Below are positions 14,715 to 26,638 of a stretch of DNA of 64,000 bases, in pieces; the first letter of the stretch is position 1, and each line of letters begins with the position of its first letter. The position numbers were made by a program, and so were the translations under genes. The stretch comes from Octopus vulgaris (lineage: Eukaryota), in NCBI GenBank assembly GCA_951406725.2, contig OX597825.1, positions 2,790,001 through 2,854,000 on the forward strand, given 5' to 3'. The notes under the pieces are model-generated. The model searched no databases, had not been told where the DNA came from, and saw only the letters and a program-made list of their open reading frames with translations.

Positions 14715-15890
14715 TATAAGTATTTGGTTAAATGGTATTCCTCCTCTAGGTAATCATGCTAACAATATCATTATGCGTTTCGGCATTCCTAGTAGTGGTA
14801 TTCGCTGGACTACCCATTACATTAAGATGACCCCCTTTCGCCTCCTTCTTCTTTCTTCTAAGGTGAAAGGACAACAACTGGAAGACCACGGAAGAGACAC
14901 AAACATGAATTTGTTGCCACCCTAGGGGAGTACAACATTCCTTTTGAGGCAGATATGGAACATTTTTCTGCGGATCGAAAAGATGACGGTCTCTCTACTA
15001 CCAAACATCTGAGGTCGTGATACAGCATTGTCAATGGATCGATGAGCATCGAGGGAGCTGTACTGTGACGGCTGCTAGATCACCTCCAAGACCAAGCTCA
15101 TCTCTTCCTTGCCCGACTTGGAGGAAATTTCTCCCTCTACGCTTTCAGTCACCGCTCACATCAGCGGGTTCACCAACTGCGTTTGGCATCAATAGGAATG
15201 AATGTCATCATCCTTGTAATAGAGCGACCTGCAAATACCCAAGTCGTGGTAAGCCAAGTGTTAGAAATGTTGTTAGCAACTATAGTGCTGAGAAAAGAAC
15301 GGTAGTATTTTCGTAGTGTGGGTAGGATTAAAACAGTTTTCGTAACAATTGGAACAGTTTTGATATTTATGATATCACGAGGGTAATGCATAATCCCGCA
15401 CTGGTTATAACGGTGCTAGGGATATCAGAGAAGAATGTTTTGAGGAAGCATAAAAAAATTCAGTTTAAATCTGTTACTTGCGTAAATACAGCTTTTGGAA
15501 TATGAACAGAATAAAACTAAAATGTTGGTATGCTAGTCTTTCTGATGATGTACTGTCTCTTCCTTGTCGGGAAACCCAGTTTTGTGAGGATATAAAGGTT
15601 TCGGATAATGTGGTGAGTGTGTTGACAGCGGTCCTATGTTTGTAATTCCATGTAAGTGTGGGTACTTTGGAGGATTTTTCATGACCATCGTGGGTGCGGC
15701 AGCGACACTGAGCCAGCGATGATAATACAGGAGATATACTGTTTGCGATAGTGTTGTACTGTCGAAATGTTAGAATATTTTAGGGGTTTTTAACTTGTTA
15801 TTGTTAATTTTGGCATTGTGATTCTGGAGCATCTGGAGAAGGAGTGGCACATGTGTGTGTATGATGACAATATTTTAGTAGGCTTGACTA
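14715..15890 (-). mobile_element. Heavily degenerate Penelope-like element (linker + GIY-YIG region), interrupted by an RTE fragment
   Basis: Minus-strand peptides KILSSYT / [13 protein letters not shown] (PLE linker pattern SYS.MP....I..HN.KI, ~15810-15880), YHKYQN, TTWVFAGRS and, beyond the RTE, THNDIVSM / EEYHLTKY occur in the expected order. Multiple frameshifts. Confidence 0.45.
14862..15225 (+). mobile_element. 5'-truncated RTE-clade LINE 3' end
   Basis: GERTTTGRPRKRHKHEFVATLGEYNIPFEADMEHFSADRK fits the RTE C-terminal pattern G.R..GRP.KR....L....I...E....DR..W. A frameshifted C2H2-like finger CPTW...SHRSHQRVH follows at 15110-15173. Confidence 0.7.
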
Positions 15891-15923
15891 TGTATATATA
15901 TATATATATATATATACATATAG

Positions 15924-16001
<78 letters not shown>
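15890..16001. repeat. (TA)n microsatellite
   Basis: Read directly. Confidence 0.97.
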
Positions 16002-16004
<3 letters not shown>

Positions 16005-16981
16005 ACGACGCGTCTTTATGTTTTTCTTTTTTTAGCAGTAGAAATGTGGTCAGATGACGATTTTCGTTACTATAACACAGAGTACTAGTTGCCACGCAGG
16101 TCCATACTTTGGGTCATAAACTGTCCTATAGAAGGAGTTGTAAGAGTGGTAACAGCAGTCGAAAGCAGTTATGGTGGCACCAGCAGCATCCAAAGTAGCG
16201 ATGATAGCAGCAGAGTTACGAAAGTCATAACGTATATGAACACATTGGTATTAATATCAATATAAATATACGTTATTACATTATTATTAATATATCATTA
16301 CGAACACAGAGGATGTTATGATGTCAGTCTCCGCCACAGACGCTGCTGTAGCTGCAGTGGTGGAGCAGCAGTAATGCAGCAGTGATGCATTAATGCTGAG
16401 ATGATGCAATGACTATAGAATTAATTTTTAGACATGATAAATGTTTTTGGTGGAACTAAAGGCAATGTCAGATACCTGTAAAATGATTGTAATACTATGT
16501 GTAGTGTCAGTGATAGAATTAATTTCCTATTTTAACTGCAATACACCTTCCTTCCATTGGCATCCGACAGAACAATTCAACCATTCTACACCACTCCACG
16601 TCACACAACGCATTCATCTCTCGCCTTTAATATAACTCTATAAGTTAATCAGTTTTAGAAGCAGGGGTCTGTAAGTCTTTCTTTTGTCCAAACATTCTCT
16701 GATAAACTGTGGCTAACCGCCAGTCTTACACTAAAGCATTTCTTTGATTAATGTTTACAGCGAGCAACTTTTCTCTTGGCACATTTGACCTTTTCTTATC
16801 ATCATTTTTCTTCTTTTTTTAATAAATATCTGTTTAGAAAGAAGAGGAGAAAAAATAACTATCTCTTACATTAGATTCTTTATTTTCACCATATATTCTA
16901 GACATTTACAGTTCGAACCAATGAATATACACAATGCAAATAAATACACATCTGCATATACATATGTATATATACACACAC

Positions 16982-17061
<80 letters not shown>

Positions 17062-17629
17062 GCACACGAAAACAGACATGCGCACAGGCACAGCGACATG
17101 CACACACTCAGAATCATAGAGTATATGCTTGTACATATGTATGTATGTATATTTATCTATGTATCCATCTCTCTCTATATATATATTGTATGTATATGTA
17201 GATGTGTGTGTGTGTGTGTATGTTTGGTTCTATGCTTGTGTATGTATACAATCAAAAGTAACTACGTAAATATTTCCTTGGATGTGTCCATTTGATTTTG
17301 TTAATACCAAAGATATGTTTCTTAAGACCAGTTTAAAGTAAAATCAGTCCTATTTTCCTAATTTTCTTCATTAATATTATTAAGAATATCATCATCTTCA
17401 GCATCGTCATCGCCATCGTCATCTTTATTACTGAAAATCCAATATGGATGGAGGACAACCAATATCGCTTGTTTCGGGCAGGCCGGTGTTTGTGGATGGG
17501 TTCTTATTACTTGCGTTATGTTTGAAATAAACGATTATCATATTATTTGTGTCGTAAAATACACATTTCGATTTCGATGCTTCTAAAAACAACAATGTCA
17601 TTATTTTTATACTCACATTCTAAGCGTTG

Positions 17630-17688
<59 letters not shown>

Positions 17689-17690
<2 letters not shown>

Positions 17691-19010
17691 TAGCAGAAGA
17701 GCCCGGCGTTGCTCGGGGGTTAATTGCTTTAAAGTACTGTTAATTATGGTATTCTATTATGATTACTGAGGCAAAGACTGATATTAGTTTACGGCCAACC
17801 AATCGATTTGCAACTGGATAGAAAGGCCTGCAAAGAGCATTTCAGCCCTCTCAGAAGGAGGGAACAATAGAATGTGAGGTGGCCCTGAAAAGGATGTGCC
17901 ATCGTTCTCACAATTGTAACAATTTGGTAGTTGGTCCTGGAAGGGTGTGTAATACGTTCGCAGGTGAATACAGTGTTTTTGTTTTTCACCAACGGCAGCG
18001 GACGTGTTATTAGAAAACTTCATGCTCTGTGAAAAGAGAATAGATGCCCTATGGAGGAAAGAGGGGGATTAATCATGGGTGAATAAATATGTGTAAGTTT
18101 GAAAATATAAAACAAAGCATCTACTCACCGCATGTCGGAACGTCGATGGAAAAATTCCCCCAGCTTTGTCCTGGACAGAATTAATAACAGAATTGTAAGC
18201 GAACTTCTGTTGTGGAAGGAGCTTTGGCTCATTCTCCGCTATATACTGGGCTATGTAGAGGGATAAGCACACGCAATGGCCTTCGTATATTTGTATATAT
18301 ATTTGTATATATTTATATAGATATGTGTATACACATTGCACTCAGATATCTACGTATTATATTTAAAATTGCCATACACAAAGCTATTCTCTTCTTTGAT
18401 CAGATTTCGGTTGAATTTTTAACCAATAAATTACCCGTAATTTGGTTCTCCTTTTAATCACTGAAGTGTGTTGTAATTGACCAGCTAAATAACGAAATCC
18501 CATTGGACAAGACGCTATCAGGGTTGCCGTACAACCTTGTGAATTAAAGAATAAGAATCAAAGCAAATTTATGAATTAGGGAACGAGAATCAAGGCAAAT
18601 TTATGAATTAAGGAATGATAATTGAAATAGTTAAGGAGCGAGAATCAAAGAAATTTTATGAATTACGGAATAAGAATCAAAGTAATTAAATGAATTAAGG
18701 AAGGAGAATGAAAGCAATTTTTGTATTCAAAAATAAAGATGTATGGCAAACAGTATTCCTGGCTTAAATATCTTTTAGTTTGTAACGCTGCAGAAAAAAG
18801 ACAAAGATATTCTAGGTTTATATCAATTGAATTTTTCTTCCTCGAGCATGTTTCTAGTACAACTGTGAAAAGGTTTGATTCGTTTTGTAATTTCTTTATC
18901 CCCAGAATGAAACTATTATTGTAGCATTATTGCGAACCGAGAACCGTATGTATTGTGCTGAAAAAAATTCAAAAGGACAGATAATAACCCAGCTTAAGTA
19001 TTCTTATATA
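17689..19010 (+). mobile_element. Non-autonomous Helitron/Helentron-like element next to a (TA)n tract
   Basis: Begins ACTAGCAGAAGAGCCCGGCGTTGCTCGGG (ACTAG plus GC hairpin, typical of these heads) right after (TA)n and contains a 32-bp minisatellite. The 3' boundary is uncertain. Confidence 0.5.
18541..18720. repeat. 32-bp minisatellite, ~5.5 degenerate units
   Basis: Unit approximately GAATTAAGGAATAAGAATCAAAGCAAATTTAT. Confidence 0.9.
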
Positions 19011-19120
19011 AACACAAGCACATATTTTTGTGTGTGTTTGTGTATGTGTCTGTGTTTGTGCGTATGTGTGCCTGTGTGGTTCAAATGTATATATATACTC
19101 ACACATATATAAACGTACAT

Positions 19121-19337
19121 AAGGCGGCGAGCTGGCAGAGTCGTTAGCACGCCGGGCGAAATGCTTAGCGGTATTTCGTCTGTCGTTACGTTCTGAGTTC
19201 AAATTCCGCCGAGGTCGACTTTGCCTGTCATAAATAAAGTACCAGTTAAACACTGGAGTCGATGTAATCGACTTAATCCCTTTGTCTGTCCTTGTTCGTC
19301 CCCTCTATGTTTAGCCCCTTCTGGGCAATAAAGAAAG
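19121..19337 (+). mobile_element. tRNA-derived SINE family A, with target-site duplication
   Basis: A box TGGCAGAGTCG (19133-19143), B box GAGTTCAAATTCC (19195-19207), central GAGGTCGACTTTGCCT..AAGTACCAG domain (Meta-SINE-like by recollection; ~15-bp deletion relative to the 29394 copy), tail ending AATAAAGAAA. TSD ATATATAAACRTACAT at 19105-19120 and 19338-19353 (1 mismatch). Confidence 0.9.
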
Positions 19338-19364
19338 ATATATAAACATACATGATCACACGCA

Positions 19365-19412
<48 letters not shown>

Positions 19413-21793
19413 TAAGCACACATATACACTTGCATATACAAGCATAGAGAGATAATTACCTCCAAGACATTGTAGTTATATTGAGATTTTCCTATTTACG
19501 TACCACGGTGTATGCACCTACGGTACTATATCTACAATGAAGTTTGAACGGGTACTAAACATTACATTGGCGTATATCTAAATACTCGTATGTATTTGCA
19601 TTTATCTGTTTTTGCCTATGTTTGTGTGAGCACTTGTCTGTGTCTGTGTGTGTGTTTGTCTGTGCCTGTGCGTCTGTATGTGTGTGTGCGTATGTGTATG
19701 TCTGTGCGTTTGTCGGGTGATCTGTGCGTGAGTGCACACAATAGTTATTTTATTGCATATCGATTTTGTTATAATTAGTCCTTGTGACGCCGAAAATTTC
19801 ATCTCTGTTAAAGAAAAGGAAATAAAAAAAAAGATTCTGAAATAAAAAATAAAATAATATTCACCTCCGTCACCTAAAAAAAAACATGAATAAGAAATAT
19901 AAAAAATAAAACATTTATCCTACTGTCTGTGTGAAGAATCAATGGTTCTTTAATAATGATATTTCGGCTCTCCAATTTTTGGTCATCAAAAGATCAAAGT
20001 CGTAACAGGTCATTGCACCAAAAATTGGTCACCAAAGACAAAGCGACTTAGTCAATGAATAAATATTTAGTAGAATAGTTTTATTGTTATCGGAGTATAT
20101 ATATTGTTGTTCTTGATGTGAATGCCCGATCATGGTCTTACTATTGTTTTGTTTTATATCTTGGCCATCCTGTTATTTCCATTTTACTCTAAATTGTTTT
20201 TAAGTTGTCTTCATGTTTTAATTACAAAGGAACTTTTTTGTTCATCACACACTTTTAGTTCGAGTGTTTTAATATTCGTTTCAGGAAATATGTTTGCTGT
20301 TTTTTTCTATCTTTTACATCAACATACATAACCATTTTCCACACTTCTATCAATTTGATTTTTGTTAAGATTTATGTTATATTTTTTGTTTGTTTTTTTG
20401 CTATTTTGTTTTCACCTACTTACATTTTGATATATTATCCTATTGATTTAACTGTTATCCAATCAATATATTAGTATTCAATTCATGATTTAAATATAGG
20501 TTTAGAAACACGAGTCGAGGTCATCAGAAGACCATTTCTTCTTCCTCTCCTCCTGTCTATTTCTCTATTGAACTTGTCAGCTTTGAAAGATTAATAAGCT
20601 TTCAGATGACAGCTGTTATCTTTGAAGCTGGAAGTTTTCTACTAATATTTCTTCTGCACATAATCCAAGTTAATAAGTACCAAAAGTGATATCATAGTTG
20701 TGTTTACTAAAATCGCTTCCTGTAAGTTAGCTTTAAATAGAAAACAAATTGCTTCGAGTAAAAATAATAATAAAAGGGAAAATGCTTGGATAGCGGATGA
20801 GGCTTAATCAGCTTCTGTAAAACAGCCTGAAAAAAGAGACGGTCGCTTCATGATGTATCCAAGATTGGTATTCATAAATTTATGCAGAAAATCTTCATTG
20901 AAAATACAATGGAATGTGCTTTTATTAATTAGAATTTTTCCTACGGCACATCACACATGTCTCATTAAATTAGAACCTGCCATTTTATTTCTGTCGTGTA
21001 AGTGCATACAGTAAAATTTAACTAGTTTATTTGCATTTCAGAGCTTTTGACATTTTCACTGCTTTTAATCGCTTCTATGAAGAAGCGATTGAAAGCGCCG
21101 AAATTGTCAAACTAATCATTTTCTGGTGAGATGGTTAAAACACCGTTTCGTTAAATATCTACTTATTCTAATTTGTATTTATCCACTTTGTATTTACTAT
21201 AAATAGATGCTGCAGATTCAGCTGACTTATGGCTACATAGCTAACGCTTTCGAGTGTTTCAATTTTCAAATTAAAGATCCTATTTACATACGTCTCTTCT
21301 TTCCACTCCGGCTCATTAATTCATTAACTTTAGACTTGCATTACATTGTTTCATTCACAGTCTGGAGCCCCCGCAGATGCAACAACACACAGATGCTAGC
21401 GCCCATGTATTTGTGTATGTATGAGCTACGAAACGGGAAAGAGTGTCAGATAGAAATGAGTGGACATAGAGAGGTATCATTAAGTTAATATTAAATAGCA
21501 GTTATCCCTCGAAATAAATAATGAAATTATTTAACGAATAGAGGCAAAATCAACGAAATGTGTTTTGCTAAATTCTGACTATTAACTTCGAGGTGTATCT
21601 ATATTAGATTTATGAATGACTGTAACTCGAAAATTTAAAGAAATTAACAGCCATGAAACGATCGTAGTGTTATATTAATTATATATTTTTTAATTGTGTT
21701 ATATATTTAAATAATATAAATTAAACAATCTTATGTATTGGCTTAAGTTTTTCATTGTATGATTTGCCTAATAGTGGTTTTATCACTAATTTA

Positions 21794-21847
<54 letters not shown>

Positions 21848-23162
21848 AGTGTGTGTGTGTATGTGTGTATGTGTGTGTGTGTCAGTGTACAAGGACACGT
21901 ATGTATATATATATATATATATATATATTTATACGTGTGTGCGGGCGTGTGTGCGGGCGTGTGTGTGTATGTGTGTGTATTTGTGTGCGTGTGTACTTGC
22001 ATTCATTTTCCCGCTTTTCACCTGCTTGAATTTTAGTAGTTAGTCTGTTTCACCTGAGCCTAAAGTTAAATATAATTACAGACAACCATAAAAGGCTCGG
22101 AAAGAAAAAAACGCAACCACGTATGAAGCCTGTCACATTTTGCATTTCCCCCGACAAAAACCAAAATTCACAGTCACATTGAATATTAAGAATAGTTCAC
22201 CAGTGTGTGGTGTAGAAATCAGTCTTCTTCGATTCGATTTCACCTTAGATCTCAGAGTCTAACTCAATGCCCTTATGCCTGAGTGAATATTTGTTCATTT
22301 GTCTGGCTACAAGAATCTTTTAATCTATCTGAAAGACAAGCGTTCATCATAAGTAATGCATTGTATTATTTGTATATTCCTGGCACTCAATAAACTTATG
22401 TCAACTGAACGGTATTTACCAACTGAATATGAAGAATGTGAAGAATGTGGGAGAAACGTAAATTCTTTTCAGAAACATGCATTGATGAAGTGTTCATGTA
22501 GTAATTTTAAATACTGAAATCCTTAGATATCTCGTTGCAAATGTAACAAGAGTATTATATCCAACAGACGATGTTTGAGCCTCAGAGTCGCCTCCTAAAA
22601 TCGACAGCCGAACTTATCTCCAAAACCAATTGAGTTCCTTAAATAATGAATATGTTGGATGTGGTATCTATAATTGATGACAAAAATGAGATTGTCGAGT
22701 GGAAACACATCTAATGAAATGCAGGCTTACAGAAATACAGATTAGCAGTGACCGATGCAACCAATATTTCAAAGAGACGATGTGGATATAACTGATACAG
22801 CGTGAGAAATACATAATGTATATTTCTCTGAGTCTGTCGTAACATTTGGTGGGGTGTAACAGGGCAAAAACAGGGTTTATTATTTCAGGTGTGTTTGGTG
22901 TGTGAAAGTAGGTAAGTTATCTTCAAACTGTACCATGGCCCGAATACTTGCAACGGACAACATGATGTCTATCTACTACATGGGGAAATCTCCTCTTTAA
23001 ATTGTTTCATTTTCCGAGTCTTAAGAGTAAAGATAATAAAAAATTTTCACACAATCAAAAGTGAAAAAATATGAATGACTTTGTATTCTCTTCTTTCACT
23101 CGTTCTGTTTCTGTCACTGAATAAACAACACTGAAGCTTCGAAAACATCAGGTTTCAACTAC

Positions 23163-23166
<4 letters not shown>

Positions 23167-23218
<52 letters not shown>

Positions 23219-23241
23219 GAGAGAGGGAGAGAGATAGAGAG
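23167..23241. repeat. (GA)n microsatellite
   Basis: Read directly. Confidence 0.95.
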
Positions 23242-23354
23242 AAATAACATGAAATAAAATCTGATATTACCTTTTATTACGTAACCAAATGTTGGATCGG
23301 ATTCAACAGATATATGAACTTTAACATACAATAGAATTGAAAACATCCCATATA

Positions 23355-23408
<54 letters not shown>

Positions 23409-24255
23409 TATTGTATATATTCTCCTGTGTGTCCAAAAGTTTTGTAAAATGAAGGCGTGATCTGAATTCAATTTGGCTATTAGTTCGTTCTCGGTAACCA
23501 GTCACGTAGAAAAGCTATCATGTCAGTTAGTGAAGATGGTTTTAAGTTTTTCTAACATAAGTGTACGTATAACTTGCAGTTTAGTTTCATGTATTAACAT
23601 AATGCAGACACAGTTTGCTGCAATTTGTTATTCTATATCTTCATTTAGCGTTGTTGATCAGAAGAGAGAAATGCAATAAATAGCAAAATAAAAGGAAAAT
23701 ATATATACTTACAATATATCCTAAAAATAAGGTTGCCATTGTTTTTATTTGTGCCAAGAATTTGTGTATAACGGTTTGCTATTTTTAATAAAGGACATTT
23801 GGCAAATAGAAACGCATAAATGCTCATGCATATTTCATGTCTTGTATGTTGAAGATTTGGAAATTGGCAAACATGTTGAGTTTTTCGGTATCTATATTTG
23901 TGGATTTCAGGTATTGATGTTTTTCATTTTAAATGAAAGTTGACTATTGTTGTACGAGCTAGCTCTTTTTATAACTACATGTCTGGACCCATAACTGTTG
24001 TGTTACAGAACATCGAATTTGAAAGGGATCAGAATTCAAATTAGCTATGTATTTATGTAAGAATATTTTGCGGGTAAGTTATATTCTTCTCAGAATATTA
24101 ATAATGAAACCATTAATTATTGTAAAAAGAATCATTCTAACTTCAAAATTAATTAAAACACGTGAACACTGTGTCTCATTTGACATCTAGACAGAAAATA
24201 ATTTATTTACCTTATTTACATTTCGCGGATATTTGTTCTTACCTCGTTTGTTGTT

Positions 24256-24301
24256 AACACAACGTTTCGGCTGATATACCCACCAGCCTTCATCAGGTGT
24301 C
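24256..24301 (-). ncRNA. Minimal type I hammerhead ribozyme
   Basis: Minus strand GACAC-CUGAUGA-A-GGCUGG-UGGGUAUA-UCAGCC-GAAA-CGUU-GUGUU: stem I GACAC/GUGUU, intact CUGAUGA and GAAA core, 6-bp stem II, palindromic AACGUU stem III, predicted cleavage after GUU (between 24261 and 24260). Confidence 0.8.
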
Positions 24302-24379
24302 TTGGGGAGATTCCGAACCTGAGGTTCTCATTCCTAAGGTATTTTTCGATGATATATTATTATTCGTATTATTATCTAT

Positions 24380-24451
24380 GTCACTGCTTGGAATCGAACA
24401 CAGTATCTTGGGATTAGTACGCCGGGTTATTCACCATTATGCCTTATGTCC
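24380..24451 (-). promoter_or_regulatory. tRNA-like type 2 Pol III promoter inside the PLE 3' repeat
   Basis: 72-nt segment GGACATAAGGCATAATGGTG...GTGTTCGATTCCAAGCAGTGAC with A box AGGCATAATGG (24434-24444) and B box GTTCGATTCC (24390-24399) at tRNA spacing. No valid acceptor stem, so not a tRNA gene. Confidence 0.6.
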
Positions 24452-25511
24452 GTGAGAAATTATGGAGTGGATTTTAGGGCTTATAAATCTAAAATTATCC
24501 TATCATTCCTTAATACCGGTTCCCATATGCTATTCATATCTGGACTCGGACTGCTTACGAGATTGTTATGCCCAAGTATATGAGCTGCTTCTTTTAGTTT
24601 TCGTATTTTCCAGTGGTGTTCTCTGTCAAATATTTTAACTTCATCCCACAGGAGTAGAACAAAATAGAACTATAATTTAAAACAAATTAGTGTTATTTAT
24701 AATACAAATATTTGTGATTTTGTGTATATATTCCATGGCAAATCTGATGAATTTTTTTAACCCATACATTAAAATTGCCTTCATCATCCGTGGAGAAGTG
24801 TATTTATGTATTATTCTTATTTGGTATCTTATTTTGCTTTAACTATTTTATATGTAAAATTTGACACTCAATGAGATTAACTTTTCATTTAACCAAGCAG
24901 CATAGATAAAATAAGATTCAGGGAAAATCTGAGACGAATTTATTAAGTTTTCTCCCGAAATTTATAGCGTTAAGCCGCAACTGAAATTAATACATGCATA
25001 CTTTGGTTTTCATGCACGAGCTTGAAACCAGCACCGCTCCTAATTAATTATAGATATTGCATCATTTAATATTAATATTGACAATAATGAAAAAGGCCCT
25101 CGTTATTAAAATTCAGAAATCTGTAGCACATAACCTAAATCTGAGACGTATTAATATCCTACAATATAGGCAGAATATGCTGATGAACAGCAGCATAATT
25201 GCCATCGGCGTTCAGTTGTATTTGGACATGATGAATTTAATAAATAATATCATTAATTAACACGTGTATATAAGAATTCTGAAAACCTAACTAGGTTACA
25301 TGATTGATAATTAAATGTCTAAAGGTCATAGGCGAAACCAAATTAAACTCTAAAACTTGAATATTCAAGTGAGATATTTATTTATATTATATGCTCACTT
25401 TATGGTTGCATGATTATTTCTTAAATAACTTCCAGTATTTCCACTGGGAATACATATTTTTAATATATATTCTACCTGGAATTAGGTTGGCAGAAGCGTC
25501 GTTATTTGTTT

Positions 25512-25735
25512 ACATATATACATACATACATACATGCATACATACATACATACATGCATACATACATACATATATACATACATACATACATGCATACATA
25601 CATACATACATACATGCATACATACATACATACATGCATACATACATACATACATACATGCATACATACATACATACATACATACATACATACATACATA
25701 CATACATACAGACATACATACATATACATATACAT
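25512..25735. repeat. (TACA)n/(TGCA) tetranucleotide microsatellite
   Basis: Read directly; explains the HTYI and MYVC ORFs. Confidence 0.97.
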
Positions 25736-25959
25736 ATATATATATGTGTGTGTGCCTGTGTGTGTGTGTGTGAGTGTGTGTGTGTGTCAGTAGGAAGAAG
25801 TAAACATCATGAAAAAGCATAAAATATAAACAGAAATAGAAAGACAAGAAGAAAATAGGGATATGAACAATGAAAATAAATGTTCCAAGAAAGGAAATGG
25901 AGCGGCTTGGAACGGAACAAAAAAAAAGAGAAAACGTAAAAGGAAATGATATGATTGGA

Positions 25960-26008
25960 TTTGATCTAGTTTCAGGTCATGGGCTGTGGCCATGCTGTAG
26001 CACCGCCA
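25960..26008 (-). mobile_element. 3' end fragment of SINE family B
   Basis: CTGTGGCCATGCTGTAGCACCGCC matches TTCGGCCATGCTGGAACACCGCC at ~11810-11832. Confidence 0.5.
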
Positions 26009-26392
26009 TATATGTAACCATATACATATGAACTTCTCTGACCTGAAATTTCAAGAACTGAAATGTAAGATATTCTCTTTACTCTGCTGACGGAGTGCCA
26101 TTCAGCGAATACTTATTTGCTTCCATTGTTGGCTGCAGATTTTGGCGAAATACTTCTTCCAAAATTATAATGGCTAGACGGGACTCCAAAAACACCTATC
26201 GGACTTGTATAGACTTACCTCTTCCCCTTTTCTCTGTCGTTTGTACTGCATATAAGTTCGATTTATTAACATATAACTATCTAGAAATTTGTACTTAAAT
26301 ATTCATCACCTGAAAAATCTTTAGTCTCTTCTTTCTGTTTACATATATACACAAACACACACACACATACAAAGACAGGTACAAACACGCAC

Positions 26393-26410
26393 ATCTATCT
26401 TATCTATCTT

Positions 26411-26467
<57 letters not shown>

Positions 26468-26487
26468 ATACCTATCTATCTATCTAA

Positions 26488-26569
<82 letters not shown>

Positions 26570-26588
26570 CTCTATCTATCTATCTATA

Positions 26589-26622
<34 letters not shown>

Positions 26623-26638
26623 ACTATCTAACTATCTA
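26393..26638. repeat. (TATC)n microsatellite, left of LINE insertion
   Basis: Read directly. Confidence 0.97.

Larger units (their letters stand above)
24200..24654 (-). mobile_element. 5'-truncated Penelope-like element: GIY-YIG C-terminus plus 3' repeat (pLTR)
   Basis: Open frame 24654-24481 LLWDEVKIFDREHHWKIRKLKEAAHILGHNNLVSSPSPDMNSIWEPVLRNDRIILDL* fits the PLE endonuclease end (W...KI...E....RK.KEA..I.....W.P.L). It is followed by a tRNA-like segment and a hammerhead motif. Confidence 0.85.

Noticed and set aside
15542-15580. CTGATGA...GAAA on the plus strand
   Set aside because: No stem II or stem I pairing.
20011-20032. miR-92-like seed CATTGCAC in a hairpin arm
   Set aside because: The remainder does not resemble miR-92 and the seed region pairs poorly with the other arm.
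24380-24451. Functional tRNA gene (also 28385-28455, 12180-12242, 19121-19210)
   Set aside because: A/B boxes are present but no complete cloverleaf or acceptor stem; each continues into a repeat body.
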